Below, piece after piece: positions 46,232 through 56,577 of a DNA stretch of 64,000 nt. Below the pieces are notes generated by a model. That model did no database searches. It worked only from the letters and a program-made list of their open reading frames with translations, and was not told the DNA's origin. This stretch comes from Clostridia bacterium. GTDB lineage: Bacteria > Bacillota > Clostridia > Christensenellales > CAG-917. A program made the translations under genes and the position numbers. Numbering within the stretch: the first letter of the stretch is position 1; every line of letters starts with the position of its first letter. The stretch covers positions 25,759 to 89,758 of the forward strand of contig JAFZMH010000006.1 in NCBI GenBank assembly GCA_017553325.1. The letters run 5' to 3'.

Positions 46232-48661
46232 TTATTTGTTTGCCTCGATCCAGCCTTTGATCTTGCTTGCGTTGTCGTAGACGTCATAGCCGTTGCCGTT
46301 TGGGACGAAGAGCGTCGGGGCTTTCTTTACGCCGAATTCCGCCGTCTTTTCTCTCTCGTCTTCCGCGTCGATGACGGTGTAGGAGATACCCGCTTTGTCA
46401 AGCATAGCCTTTGCCATCTTGCAGTTTGGGCAAGTTTTTGTTGTGAAGATGAGAAGCCCCTTGTCTTCTCCTTTCTTCGCGGGAGCGGGTGCTGCCTTCG
46501 GTTCTTCGGCTTTCTTGCTTGCGCCGACTTTCACATCGTATTCCATCTTGTCGCAGGCGTATTCCTCGATTGGCTTGCCGTGATAGTTGGAATGTGCAAT
46601 ATCGTATGTCTTTCTCTCGTGGAATTCCGCCGTCTTGCCGTCGTTCCAGTTTTGAACAGGACGATAGTAGCCTGTGATACGGCTGTAAACTTCCGTCTTC
46701 TTGCCGCAAATCGGGCATGTGTATTGCTCGCCTTCGAGATAGCCGTGGTCTGCGCAGATGGAGTACGTCGGAGAGAGGGTGTAATACGGGAGTTTGTAGT
46801 TTTCCGCTATCTTGCGCACGAGGTTCGCCGCCGCTTGCCAACTGTCGAGACGTTGACCGAGGAAGGCGTGGAAGACTGTGCCCGACGTATAGAGCGTCTG
46901 CAAATCGTCTTGAACGTCGAGTGCGGTGAAGATGTCTGCTGTGTAGCCGACCGGCAAGTGCGAACTGTTGGTGTAGTACGGCACGTTGTCCGCGTTCTTT
47001 GCGCAGATGATGTTGGGGTATTTCTCTCTGTCGTGCTTTGCAAGTCTGTATGCGGTGGACTCTGCGGGAGTTGCCTCGAGGTTGTAGAGGTCTCCGTACA
47101 TCTCCTGATAATCGGAGAGTTTGTTGCGCATGAAGTTGAGAACCTTCTTCGTGAATTCTTGCGCTTCGACTGTCGTGAGGTCTTTGCCAACCCAGCGAGC
47201 GTTCAAGCACGCTTCGTTCATACCGACGAGACCGATTGTTGAGAAGTGGTTGCTAAACGTGCCGAGGTATCTCTTCGTGTAGGGATAGAGCCCTTCTTCG
47301 AGGAGTTTCGTAATGACGTTTCTCTTGATTTTGAGTGAGCGTGCGGAGATGTTCATCAAGCGCTCGAGTTCTTTAAAGAACTCTTGTTCGGTCGTTGCGA
47401 CGTATGCGATACGCGGCATATTGATTGTGACGACGCCAACGGAACCCGTGGATTCGCCGCTGCCGAAGAAGCCGCCCGATTTCTTGCGGAGTTCACGAAG
47501 GTCGAGACGGAGACGGCAGCACATAGAACGCACGTCACTCGGCTCCATATCGCTGTTGATATAGTTGGAGAAGTACGGAGTGCCGTATTTTGCCGTCATC
47601 GTGAAGAGGAGACGGTTGTTTTCCGTGTCGGACCAGTCGAAGTCTCTCGTGATGGAGTAGGTCGGGATCGGATATTGGAAACCACGGCCGTTTGCATCGC
47701 CCTCGATCATAATCTCGATGAACGCCTTGTTGACCATTTCCATTTCTTTTGCGCAATCTTTATATTTGAAGTCTTGCTCCTTGCCACCGACGATGCAGTT
47801 GAGTTCGGCGAGGTCGTTCGGGACAACCCAGTCGAGGGTGATGTTGGTGAACGGCGCTTGCGTACCCCAACGAGACGGGGTGTTGACGCCGTATATAAAT
47901 GATTGAATGCATTGTTTGACTTCTTTGTATGTCAAATGATCAATCTTTACAAACGGAGCAAGATATGTGTCGAAGGATGAGAACGCCTGCGCGCCAGCCC
48001 ATTCGTTTTGCATAATGCCGAGGAAGTTGACCATTTGGTTGCAGAGTGTGGAGAGGTGTCCGGCAGGGGAAGATGTGATTTTGCCGGGGATGCCGCCAAG
48101 CCCTTCTTTGATGAGTTGCTTGAGCGACCAACCTGCGCAGTAGCCACTGAGCATTGAGAGGTCGTGAATGTGGATTTCCGCGTTTCTGTGCGCGTTGCCG
48201 ATTTCCTCGTCATAGACTTCTGAAAGCCAATAGTTTGCCGTGACCGCGCCGGAGTTGGAGAGGATGAGACCGCCGACGGAATACGAAACGGTGGAGTTTT
48301 CCTTGACGCGCCAGTCGTTGACTTTGAGATAGTTGTTGACGGTGTTCTTGTAGTCGAGAAGCGTGGAACCGACCGTACGGAGTTTTTCGTGCTGTTTGCG
48401 GTAGAGGATGTATGCTTTTGCAACTTCGACGTAGCTTGCTTGAATGAGCACGACTTCGACTGCGTCCTGAACGTCTTCGACGGTGACCACGTCGTCCTTG
48501 ACCTTGTCGTTGAAGGCGGCGGTGACGCGGAGTGCGAGCATATCGAGGATGTCGTCGCTATAATTTTTGTGAACGGCAACGAAAGCCTTCTCGATTGCTA
48601 TCTTGATTTTGTTGAGATTGAACGGAACGACGTTTCCGTCTCTTTTTTTGACACTTAACAT
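46232..48661 (-). CDS. nrdD: anaerobic ribonucleoside-triphosphate reductase with ATP cone and C-terminal glutaredoxin-like domain
   Basis: VKKRDG ATP cone, SMCCRL, EATPAE, CADHG...CPIC, YSRITGYY glycyl-radical motif; C-terminal TKTCPNCK...APTL. Confidence 0.93.
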   Translation of the reverse strand: MLSVKKRDGNVVPFNLNKIKIAIEKAFVAVHKNYSDDILDMLALRVTAAFNDKVKDDVVTVEDVQDAVEVVLIQASYVEVAKAYILYRKQHEKLRTVGSTLLDYKNTVNNYLKVNDWRVKENSTVSYSVGGLILSNSGAVTANYWLSEVYDEEIGNAHRNAEIHIHDLSMLSGYCAGWSLKQLIKEGLGGIPGKITSSPAGHLSTLCNQMVNFLGIMQNEWAGAQAFSSFDTYLAPFVKIDHLTYKEVKQCIQSFIYGVNTPSRWGTQAPFTNITLDWVVPNDLAELNCIVGGKEQDFKYKDCAKEMEMVNKAFIEIMIEGDANGRGFQYPIPTYSITRDFDWSDTENNRLLFTMTAKYGTPYFSNYINSDMEPSDVRSMCCRLRLDLRELRKKSGGFFGSGESTGSVGVVTINMPRIAYVATTEQEFFKELERLMNISARSLKIKRNVITKLLEEGLYPYTKRYLGTFSNHFSTIGLVGMNEACLNARWVGKDLTTVEAQEFTKKVLNFMRNKLSDYQEMYGDLYNLEATPAESTAYRLAKHDREKYPNIICAKNADNVPYYTNSSHLPVGYTADIFTALDVQDDLQTLYTSGTVFHAFLGQRLDSWQAAANLVRKIAENYKLPYYTLSPTYSICADHGYLEGEQYTCPICGKKTEVYSRITGYYRPVQNWNDGKTAEFHERKTYDIAHSNYHGKPIEEYACDKMEYDVKVGASKKAEEPKAAPAPAKKGEDKGLLIFTTKTCPNCKMAKAMLDKAGISYTVIDAEDEREKTAEFGVKKAPTLFVPNGNGYDVYDNASKIKGWIEANK

Positions 48662-48731
48662 GGATTCTGTTCCCCTTTAAGAAAATTTGCCTTTTCATTA
48701 TAGCGCACTCACAAAATATGTCAAGACAAAA

Positions 48732-48779
48732 ACGCAAAATAAAGTGTAAAACATTTGCGTGAAACACAAGATATTGTGG
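48732..48779. promoter_or_regulatory. tandem NrdR boxes upstream of nrdD
   Basis: ACGCAAAATAAAGTGT (48732-48747) and ACACAAGATATTGTGG (48764-48779), 32 bp apart, fit acaCwAtATaTwGtgt. Confidence 0.7.
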
Positions 48780-48986
48780 ATTTGTCAATTTTTGCCATTT
48801 TTTGCGTTTTTGGTCCCTTCCGCCCTAAAATTTTGCTTTTTTGGCTATGTAAAAGGGTATTTCTTTTGAAAGAGGCAATCTAAACGGTGTTCTAATCGTA
48901 TATGTGTATTTTACCCAAAAATGATTTTTCCAATTGGAGAGATTTTTTGTTGTGCAAAGGCGAGTCTTGGTGTATGATGGGGATGT

Positions 48987-50492
48987 ATGAAATTTGTGGC
49001 GAATGCGGGCACCGTGAATATGACAAAGGGCAGTCCTTACAAACTTATGATAAAGTTTGCGCTGCCTATTTTGCTGAGCCAGATTTTTCAACAGCTTTAC
49101 AACACGGCGGACACGCTTATCGTGGGCAGATTTCTCGGCACGAGCGCACTTGCGGCGGTGAGTTCGTCGGGACCTCTCATATTTTTGCTCAGTTCTTTCT
49201 TTATCGGGACGGCGCAGGGCGCGGGCATAGTCATAGCAAGATATTTCGGCGCGAAGGACGACGACAAGGTCAGCCGTGCGATACACACCAATTTCGCCTT
49301 TGGCATAACTGCGGGCATACTGCTCACGGTTGTCGGGATGACGCTCACACCGTATTTCCTCAAATGGATGAATACGGACGAAAGCGTGCTCCCTCAGGCG
49401 ACGGAATACTTCCGCTATTATTTCGCAGGTTCGCTCGCGATGGTGCTCTACAACGTCAGCGGTTCCGCAATGAACGCGCTCGGGGACAGCAAGCGACCCC
49501 TCATATTTTTGATATGTTCGTCTTTGCTCAACGTGACGCTTGACGTGATTTTCATTCGCGTGTGCGGGTTTGGAGTGTGGAGCGCGGCGGTTGCAACCGT
49601 CATTTCTCAATTCTTTAGCCTAGTGCTCTGCCTCATTCACCTTTTGAGACCGGGGCATATCTACAGCGTGAGCGTAAAGAAAATTCGTTTTTACGGCGAC
49701 GTGTTCAAAGAGATTGTCAAATACGGCTTGCCGGGTGGCATACAAAACTCGGTCATAGGGTTTGCCAACGTCATCGTACAGTCGCAAATCAACACGTTTG
49801 GCAAGTTTGCCACCGCCGCGTACGGAGCATACGCCAAGATTGAAGGCTTTGCCTTCCTGCCCATAAACTGCTTCTGTATGGCGATAACGACCTTCGTCAG
49901 CCAAAACCTCGGCGCGGGAGAGAAGAGCAGGGCAAGAATCGGCGCGCGGTTTGGAATTATCACCTCCGTCACTCTTGCGGAACTCATCGGCGTCGCCATA
50001 TACTTTGCCTCGCCATATCTCATAGGACTGTTCGACTCGAACCCCGAGGTCATCGCAAACGGCACGACCCAGGCGCATATCTGCTCGCTGTTCTTCGGGC
50101 TTCTCGCCCTCTCGCATACGATTGCCGCCGTCTGTCGCGGCGCGGGCAAGGCATTCGTGCCTATGGCGGTTATGCTGTCCGTTTGGTGTGTGTTTAGGAT
50201 TTGCTATATTGTCACGATAATGCATTTTATCCACGAACTCAGGTTCATCTTCTGGGCGTACCCGATAACGTGGGGCATAAGTTCGGTCATATACTTGTTC
50301 TATTATTTCTTCAGCCATTGGCAGAACGGTTTCGACGGCAAAAAAACGGGACTGTTGCCAGTTGAGGGCGCGTCCTTACAAGAGGGAGCGCCTGCAACTC
50401 ATACGGAAGAATCGATTGCAACCGAACCGTCACCCGACGAAATCGTCCCGATACCGCAGGACTCAAACGGTACTCTCGAAAAAGAAAATTGA
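48987..50492 (+). CDS. MATE family efflux transporter
   Basis: QQLYNTADTLIVGRFLG, GDSKRPL, SQNLGAG; about 12 TMs. Confidence 0.92.
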   Translation: MKFVANAGTVNMTKGSPYKLMIKFALPILLSQIFQQLYNTADTLIVGRFLGTSALAAVSSSGPLIFLLSSFFIGTAQGAGIVIARYFGAKDDDKVSRAIHTNFAFGITAGILLTVVGMTLTPYFLKWMNTDESVLPQATEYFRYYFAGSLAMVLYNVSGSAMNALGDSKRPLIFLICSSLLNVTLDVIFIRVCGFGVWSAAVATVISQFFSLVLCLIHLLRPGHIYSVSVKKIRFYGDVFKEIVKYGLPGGIQNSVIGFANVIVQSQINTFGKFATAAYGAYAKIEGFAFLPINCFCMAITTFVSQNLGAGEKSRARIGARFGIITSVTLAELIGVAIYFASPYLIGLFDSNPEVIANGTTQAHICSLFFGLLALSHTIAAVCRGAGKAFVPMAVMLSVWCVFRICYIVTIMHFIHELRFIFWAYPITWGISSVIYLFYYFFSHWQNGFDGKKTGLLPVEGASLQEGAPATHTEESIATEPSPDEIVPIPQDSNGTLEKEN

Positions 50493-50540
50493 CACAAAAA
50501 AAGGCACTCGTTCGAGTGCCTTGATTTTTGTTTGAAAGCG

Positions 50541-51245
50541 TTATTCCGCTTGCTCTTCCGCAGATTCTTTTGCAGGGGCTTCGTCTTCCGCCTGTGCTTG
50601 CGGCTCGGACGATTTGAACTTGCGCATAACCAAGAACTTGTTGCAGAGGAAACTTATGATGAGTGCGGAGATTCCGCCCACCGCTTGACCGACGAGGTTG
50701 AAGATTACGTCGTTGACAAACGCCACGCCACCGGAATATGCGTTCCTGCACGCCACCGTGATTGCGCCACCGAGCAAGGTTTGAACGAATATGATCGCGA
50801 TTGCCATTATCGCATAAGCCACCGCTCTGAACGCGATATGGTCGTGTACGTTGAAGGTCTTCTTGCGGTTGAGGACGAACGTCAAAACTTGTCCCACGAC
50901 CGAACCGATGAGGAAGCCGATAAACTCAGCGTGCGACGCGTATTGGAAGAGAGGGACGCTCCCAACCATAAAACCGGGGAAGGGTTTGCCAAGCGTTCCG
51001 CCCACGCGATAGAGTTGGGTGAACAGAAGTGTGATGAGCATTTGGCTTCCGCCGCAAATCATACTGAACAAGAAGAACAGAATGGGTTGACGCAGATTCT
51101 CGTGCGCTTTGATATATTTGACGAGTCCCTTGAGTCCTTTCTCTCTCGGCTCTTCTGCGGGTGCTTCCCCCGCTTCTTCTTGAGTTTGTTCGACTTCTTC
51201 AGGGGCGTTTTCGTTGTCGATTGCAGTGGTTTTTTCTTCTTCCAT
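50541..51245 (-). CDS. GtrA-like membrane protein
   Basis: Four TMs, FVLNRKKTF and FLCNKFLV motifs. Confidence 0.65.
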   Translation of the reverse strand: MEEEKTTAIDNENAPEEVEQTQEEAGEAPAEEPREKGLKGLVKYIKAHENLRQPILFFLFSMICGGSQMLITLLFTQLYRVGGTLGKPFPGFMVGSVPLFQYASHAEFIGFLIGSVVGQVLTFVLNRKKTFNVHDHIAFRAVAYAIMAIAIIFVQTLLGGAITVACRNAYSGGVAFVNDVIFNLVGQAVGGISALIISFLCNKFLVMRKFKSSEPQAQAEDEAPAKESAEEQAE

Positions 51246-51384
51246 AATTTTCTCCTGTCGTTACTCTTATTTGGAAACTAAGAATAAATACAATATAATT
51301 ATAATTGTAGTGTAGATTTTTGTCAATACCGTGTTATAATGAAACAAAGAGGCGAAAACGCCCGACTGATTTTTGAGGACGCTT

Positions 51385-53568
51385 ATGAAACTCGAACTTT
51401 TGGCGCCGGCAGGAGATATGAGAAGTTTTGACGCCGCACTCGCTTGCGGTGCGGACGCCGTCTATCTCGGGCTTGACGATTTCAACGCAAGAATGAAGGC
51501 GGAAAACTTCACCCAAGAAAACGTGGGCGAAGTCGTTCGTCGCGCGCATTTTTACGGCGTCAAAGTTTACGTGACGATAAACACGATTTTGCAAAATCAA
51601 GAGTTTAAACCTCTGTTTGAGCTGGTTAACGTCTGCGTTCGCGCAAAAGTCGACGCATTCCTTGTTCAGGACCTCGGTGTTGCGTACGCTCTCAAAAAGG
51701 CTTTTCCAAACATCGTTTTGCACGCAAGCACACAGATGGGCGTGCACAATCTCTACGGCGCGAAGGTCGCCGAAAAGATGGGGTTCAAACGCGTGGTGCT
51801 CTCTCGCGAGACAAGGCTTGAAGATATACAAGAAATACGCGGGCACACGAACCTCGAAATCGAATACTTCGTTCAGGGCGCACTCTGCGTTGCGTTCAGC
51901 GGGAACTGCTATATGAGTTCAAAGGAGCAGGGCGCGAGCGGAAACAGAGGGCTCTGCAAACAACTGTGTCGCCTTCCGTACTCCGCGGGGTTTGAAAGAA
52001 ACGGCAAGTTTGAAAAGGTCGGTGAGGGACATCTTCTCTCCGCGCGCGACTTGAGCCTTGCTTCAAATCTGCAAGCGCTTATTGACGCGGGCGTCACCTC
52101 TTTCAAGATTGAAGGGAGATTGAGACGAGAAGGTTTCGTCGCTCAGGCGGTGACGGTGTATAGAAGTTTGATCGACGATATCGAAGGCGGAAACAGAAAT
52201 GCAAAACTCACGCAAAATGAAATCGAGAGGTTGAAAACCTCTTTCAGTCGCGGCGAGTATTTAGAGCGCGCCTATCTCGACGGCGGAACGCCGTTTGTCA
52301 TAGAAAAACGATTTAACAACCATATCGGCAGAAAAATTGGCGTCGTCAAAAAGGCGTCGCCCTTCAAGGAAGGACTTTTTGAAATAGTCGTCGAAAGCTC
52401 GCATCCGCTCGCAAACGGCGACGGACTCAAATTTTTCGACGGAGACGTCGAAAAGGCGAGCCTCGGCGCGGGCAGTCCCAAAAAGGTTGGCAAAAACCTG
52501 TATTCCTTCGTCACGAAAACCGCTTTGAAGGCGGGGTATACCGTCAACCTCACGCTTGACAGCGAAAGTGAAAAATTCGCGCTTGCAAAAAAGCGTTTCG
52601 TGCCAGTCGGGTTGCGCGTAGTGGCAAACGTCGGCGCGCCTCTCACGGTCACGGCGACGAGCGGGGACGCGTCGTTTACGGCGTCTTCAGACGAACCGCT
52701 AGAAAAAGCTTTGAACGCTCCAACCGACGCGGACGAGATAAAAACTCAATGCTCAAAAGTCGCGGACAGCGGCTTTGAGGTCGAGCGTTGCGAGGTCGAA
52801 ACCGACGGCGTATTCTTGCCGAAGTCCGTTGCAAACGGCGTGAGAAGGATTGCGCTTGAGGGGTTGAAAGACAAAATCGTCGAGCAGTTTGAGAAAGAAA
52901 TATCGGCGCAACCGATATTCGACGTGGACGAAGCGCTCGCTTCCATTGAGCCGAGCGGAAACTGCGACAGCGTAGAAAGGTATACGAGAGTTGAAAGCGA
53001 AAAGGACGGCATAATCTTGCGAAATGGCGAAAAGGTTTTGCTTTCTCCCGACGATTACCGTGCGTCCGCTGTCAAAACAACGCTTCAAAGTTTGGACTTG
53101 ACGGGTGCGGACGTGGCGTTGCAACTCCCCGTGATAGCGAGCGGAGAGGACTTGAACGTCATCAGAAACGCCGTTGAAACGAACGGCATAAAGACGCTGG
53201 TCAGCGAAAACGTCTACGGGTTGTATTTTGTGGGCGAGGGCTATACGGTAGTAGCGGGCGCGGGGCACAACGTCGCCAACCGCTTTGCGGTTGAACAGAC
53301 AAAAGAACTCGGCGCGACGGCGTTTGCAACCTCGATTGAATACGAGCAAGATGGCGCGCTTCCGCTTCCGCGCCTTGAAACGAACGACGAACTCCCGCTC
53401 ATGACGTTTGCGCATTGTCCGTTCAAGACGATATACGGCAACGACTGCGCAAAATGCGCGTACAAGGCGGGGCTCGTTTTGAAGCGCGAACGTCACGAAT
53501 ACGCCGTGCGAAGAATAAGATTGTCAAATTGCTATTTTCAACTGTTTGCAAAGGAGAAACAATTGTGA
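51385..53568 (+). CDS. U32 peptidase family protein (RlhA-like, long form)
   Basis: ELLAPAG, GADAVYLG, HASTQ, GALCVAFSG, NRGLCKQLCR, FKIEGR. Confidence 0.88.
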   Translation: MKLELLAPAGDMRSFDAALACGADAVYLGLDDFNARMKAENFTQENVGEVVRRAHFYGVKVYVTINTILQNQEFKPLFELVNVCVRAKVDAFLVQDLGVAYALKKAFPNIVLHASTQMGVHNLYGAKVAEKMGFKRVVLSRETRLEDIQEIRGHTNLEIEYFVQGALCVAFSGNCYMSSKEQGASGNRGLCKQLCRLPYSAGFERNGKFEKVGEGHLLSARDLSLASNLQALIDAGVTSFKIEGRLRREGFVAQAVTVYRSLIDDIEGGNRNAKLTQNEIERLKTSFSRGEYLERAYLDGGTPFVIEKRFNNHIGRKIGVVKKASPFKEGLFEIVVESSHPLANGDGLKFFDGDVEKASLGAGSPKKVGKNLYSFVTKTALKAGYTVNLTLDSESEKFALAKKRFVPVGLRVVANVGAPLTVTATSGDASFTASSDEPLEKALNAPTDADEIKTQCSKVADSGFEVERCEVETDGVFLPKSVANGVRRIALEGLKDKIVEQFEKEISAQPIFDVDEALASIEPSGNCDSVERYTRVESEKDGIILRNGEKVLLSPDDYRASAVKTTLQSLDLTGADVALQLPVIASGEDLNVIRNAVETNGIKTLVSENVYGLYFVGEGYTVVAGAGHNVANRFAVEQTKELGATAFATSIEYEQDGALPLPRLETNDELPLMTFAHCPFKTIYGNDCAKCAYKAGLVLKRERHEYAVRRIRLSNCYFQLFAKEKQL

Positions 53569-54506
53569 AAAAGAGCGTTTATTTGAGAGGTAAAATCGGC
53601 ACTTGCTGGTACAACTTCACCGAGGGGATCGCCTATCTTTTGACCTACAAGCGCACGCCGAAAAACTTGCTGTACGGCAGACATTTGCCGTACGGCGAGG
53701 AGAAAAAGCAGTATCTCAACACCTATTGCAGAAAGGACTTGATTGCAAAAAGCAAACCGCTCTTTATCTACGTGCACGGCGGCGGTTGGATATCGGGCAT
53801 AACCGATATGCGCAACGCCTATATCCAAAACTTTGCAAACGAGGGTTATTTTACCGCTTCGATTTCCTATTCATACGCGCCGAAAAAGGTTTTCCCCGAG
53901 CCGATACGGGAGATATGCGCCGCGATAGACCGTATCTTTGATATGGCGGAAGAAAAAAATATCGATACGTCCCGCATCGTGCTGTCGGGCGAAAGCGCGG
54001 GCGTCTATTATATCTTCTACCTTGCCGCGCTTGCCGCCGACAATTCGCTAGCGGAAAAAATCGGCGTGAAATTCGAGCATATTTCAGATTTTAAGCCGAG
54101 AGCGATGGTTGCGCACTGCGGTTGCGTAAACCTTGAGCATCTTCTCGATAAGAATCTACCACAATCGAGATTTCCCGATATAAAAATGATGACCTGCTCC
54201 TTCCTCGGCAAACCTATGAAAGAGGCGAGGGAATATCTTGCCACCGAAGAGGGGAAACTCGCATCTCCAAGCATAACGAAAGGGTTCCCGCCCGCGTTTT
54301 TCACAACGGGCGACAAAGATTGGTTGCGCTATGAAGGCTACGATATGATGAAGAAGTACGACGAACTCGGCATAAAGTACGAGCATTTCGAGGGGACGAA
54401 GGCTCTGGGCAATCACGCTTGGACTATCGTTACCAAGCTGAAACAGGGAAGACGGTGCCTTGAAAAGACGCTCGCGTTTTTGAAAACCATGCTTCCGGGC
54501 GACTGA
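53565..54506 (+). CDS. alpha/beta hydrolase
   Basis: HGGGW, GESAG; GTG start after AAGGAG overlapping the upstream stop. Confidence 0.85.
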   Translation: MKKSVYLRGKIGTCWYNFTEGIAYLLTYKRTPKNLLYGRHLPYGEEKKQYLNTYCRKDLIAKSKPLFIYVHGGGWISGITDMRNAYIQNFANEGYFTASISYSYAPKKVFPEPIREICAAIDRIFDMAEEKNIDTSRIVLSGESAGVYYIFYLAALAADNSLAEKIGVKFEHISDFKPRAMVAHCGCVNLEHLLDKNLPQSRFPDIKMMTCSFLGKPMKEAREYLATEEGKLASPSITKGFPPAFFTTGDKDWLRYEGYDMMKKYDELGIKYEHFEGTKALGNHAWTIVTKLKQGRRCLEKTLAFLKTMLPGD

Positions 54507-54592
54507 TTTTTGTATGGAGATTTGATTGAAGAAAAACGCCCCGTAAGGGGCGGACAAAAAAATATCGCAGTCAAACGACTGCGATATTGATT

Positions 54593-55351
54593 TTATTTTT
54601 CAATATAGAATTGTTTCCATCTTTCAACCCGCTCTTTGGTTATGCCGTGTTCGGCCTCAAGAAACTCGTCCACGGTTGCGTATTTATCAAAGATAGATTT
54701 TTTTGCGATTTCAAACAGGTGTTCGTGCGTGCGCAACACCTCCGCGACGAATTCTCGCACGTGACGTTTGACGAAGAGCATTTTGAGGTAAACGTCGATC
54801 TTTTTGTTTTCTTCCGCTCTATGCTCGTTGGAAGCGAGATACTCCGCCTTGCACTCTTCGAAGGTCCTGCCGAAGGCAAGCTCTATGAGCATAGCGGCTA
54901 TGCCCGTTCTGTCCTTGCCGGCGGTGCAGTGGAAGGCTATCGTCTTGCCCTCGTCCATGAGTGCGAATAGTTTGTCGTACTCTTTTGAATACGCCATTTC
55001 CGCATATTTTTCCTCGACGAATTTGCGTGCGGTTTCAACGTCCGTTTCGCTCATCTTGAAGACGTCTTTTATCGTTCCCGACGTTGTGGATATGCCGGGG
55101 GCGTCCACTTCAAACACGGTGGCGCGGACGTATTCAACTCCCAAAGGGAGTTGGTCGGGCTTGTCTTCAACCTCTGCGGGAGTGCGGAAGTCCACAACCG
55201 CGTCAAGGCGCATCGACTTTATATACTCTTCGTCCGCCTTGCATTTCGGCACGAAAGCGCCCGTGCGGAAGAGTTTTCCGCACTTGATTTTGCCACAAGG
55301 GGTGGCAATTCCGCCCATATCTCGAAAATTTGTAAACTTCGTGTTCGCCAT
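54593..55351 (-). CDS. protein tyrosine/serine phosphatase (IphP/PtpB-like)
   Basis: NFRDMGG, HCTAGKDRTG P-loop; start reset to ATG 55351. Confidence 0.9.
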   Translation of the reverse strand: MANTKFTNFRDMGGIATPCGKIKCGKLFRTGAFVPKCKADEEYIKSMRLDAVVDFRTPAEVEDKPDQLPLGVEYVRATVFEVDAPGISTTSGTIKDVFKMSETDVETARKFVEEKYAEMAYSKEYDKLFALMDEGKTIAFHCTAGKDRTGIAAMLIELAFGRTFEECKAEYLASNEHRAEENKKIDVYLKMLFVKRHVREFVAEVLRTHEHLFEIAKKSIFDKYATVDEFLEAEHGITKERVERWKQFYIEK

Positions 55352-55486
55352 ACGAAAATTGTAGCATACAAAGCGCGGTTTTGCAATATACATTTCTTGC
55401 CGAAAAAGAAAAATCAAAAAACTCTTTACTATGTCTCAACCTTGTGGTAGAATATATTCAACAAAACAAAAAAGGAGGCAACAACT

Positions 55487-55657
55487 ATGCCGAGAAAAAT
55501 AAGTGATGCTTGTATTCAATGCGGTGCATGCGCAGATACTTGCCCGGTGGGCGCTATCAGCGAGGGTGACGGTCAATACGTCGTCGATCCGGATCAATGC
55601 ATTGACTGTGGCGCATGCCAAGATGGATGCCCGGTTGGTGCTATTTCCGAAGAATAA
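55487..55657 (+). CDS. clostridial-type 2[4Fe-4S] ferredoxin (56 aa, not in the ORF track)
   Basis: MPRKISDACIQCGACADTCPVGAISEGDGQYVVDPDQCIDCGACQDGCPVGAISEE; AAGGAGG SD. Confidence 0.95.
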   Translation: MPRKISDACIQCGACADTCPVGAISEGDGQYVVDPDQCIDCGACQDGCPVGAISEE

Positions 55658-55719
55658 GCAAAACCAAAAATGTCAAATAAAAACACGCTCAGACGAGCGC
55701 GTTTTTATTTTGGAATGTT

Positions 55720-56577
55720 TTAATCTTCACTGTCCGGCAAGGAATCAATCTCCTCGGTGGTTTGACGCTCGCCGATTTGCATATCTTCAAGACTATAAGT
55801 CCTGACGTCGAAAGAGCCGTCTTTGAGCATAATCTTGACGCGGGCGGTCTGCTTTATTAAGTCGTTGCTCTCGACAGTGCCTTCGCCGTCCGCCGTGTGC
55901 ACCTTGCTTCCCACCTTGGGCATCTGCTTGTAGACCTCGCTGTAATAGGCGTTTTCATATTTCAAGCAGCACATAAGTCTGCCGCATACGCCGCTGATTT
56001 TTTGCGGATTTAAAGAGAGTCCTTGCAGTTTTGCCATCTTGATCGACACCTTTTCGAAGTCGGGAAGGTGGGTGGTGCAGCAGCAAGGTCTTCCGCAGGG
56101 CGCGAGCGCTCCGCGCATCTTCGTATCGTCGCGCTCGTAAATTTGTCTGAGTTCGATGCGCATTTTGAAGATGGACGCGAGCGTGCGTACGAGTTCTCTG
56201 AAATCGACGCGCCCGTCCGCGGTGAAGTAGAAAATGAGTTTTGAACGGTCGAAAGTGTATTCGGCGTCCACGAGTTTCATTTCAAGTCCCGCTTCGGCGA
56301 TTTTTTCCTTTGTGATTTTGAGGGCTTCTTCCTTGTCCTCGTCGTTCTTTTTCAGCCTTTTGAGGTCCTCGTCCGTGGCTTTTCTCACGACGGGCTTCAA
56401 GGGAGACACGATTTCGCTCTCGTCGACTTCCTTGTTGGGAATCGATACGGTTGCGAATTCAAGCCCGCGAGCGGTTTCGACGATTACGCCGTCCCCCTCG
56501 TTGAAATGAAGCTTTTGCGGATCGAAATAATATATTTTGTTGGTTGAACGGAATTTGATTCCTACGATTATTGCCAT
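55720..56577 (-). CDS. ricT: PSP1-domain protein RicT/YaaT
   Basis: FYFTADGRVDFRELV, CGRPCCC, ISGVCGRLMCCLKYE; follows tmk-holB. Confidence 0.9.
   Translation of the reverse strand: MAIIVGIKFRSTNKIYYFDPQKLHFNEGDGVIVETARGLEFATVSIPNKEVDESEIVSPLKPVVRKATDEDLKRLKKNDEDKEEALKITKEKIAEAGLEMKLVDAEYTFDRSKLIFYFTADGRVDFRELVRTLASIFKMRIELRQIYERDDTKMRGALAPCGRPCCCTTHLPDFEKVSIKMAKLQGLSLNPQKISGVCGRLMCCLKYENAYYSEVYKQMPKVGSKVHTADGEGTVESNDLIKQTARVKIMLKDGSFDVRTYSLEDMQIGERQTTEEIDSLPDSED

Noticed and set aside
55436-55805. ORF-track calls 55436-55621 and 55503-55805
   Set aside because: They overlap the real 56-aa ferredoxin at 55487-55657.
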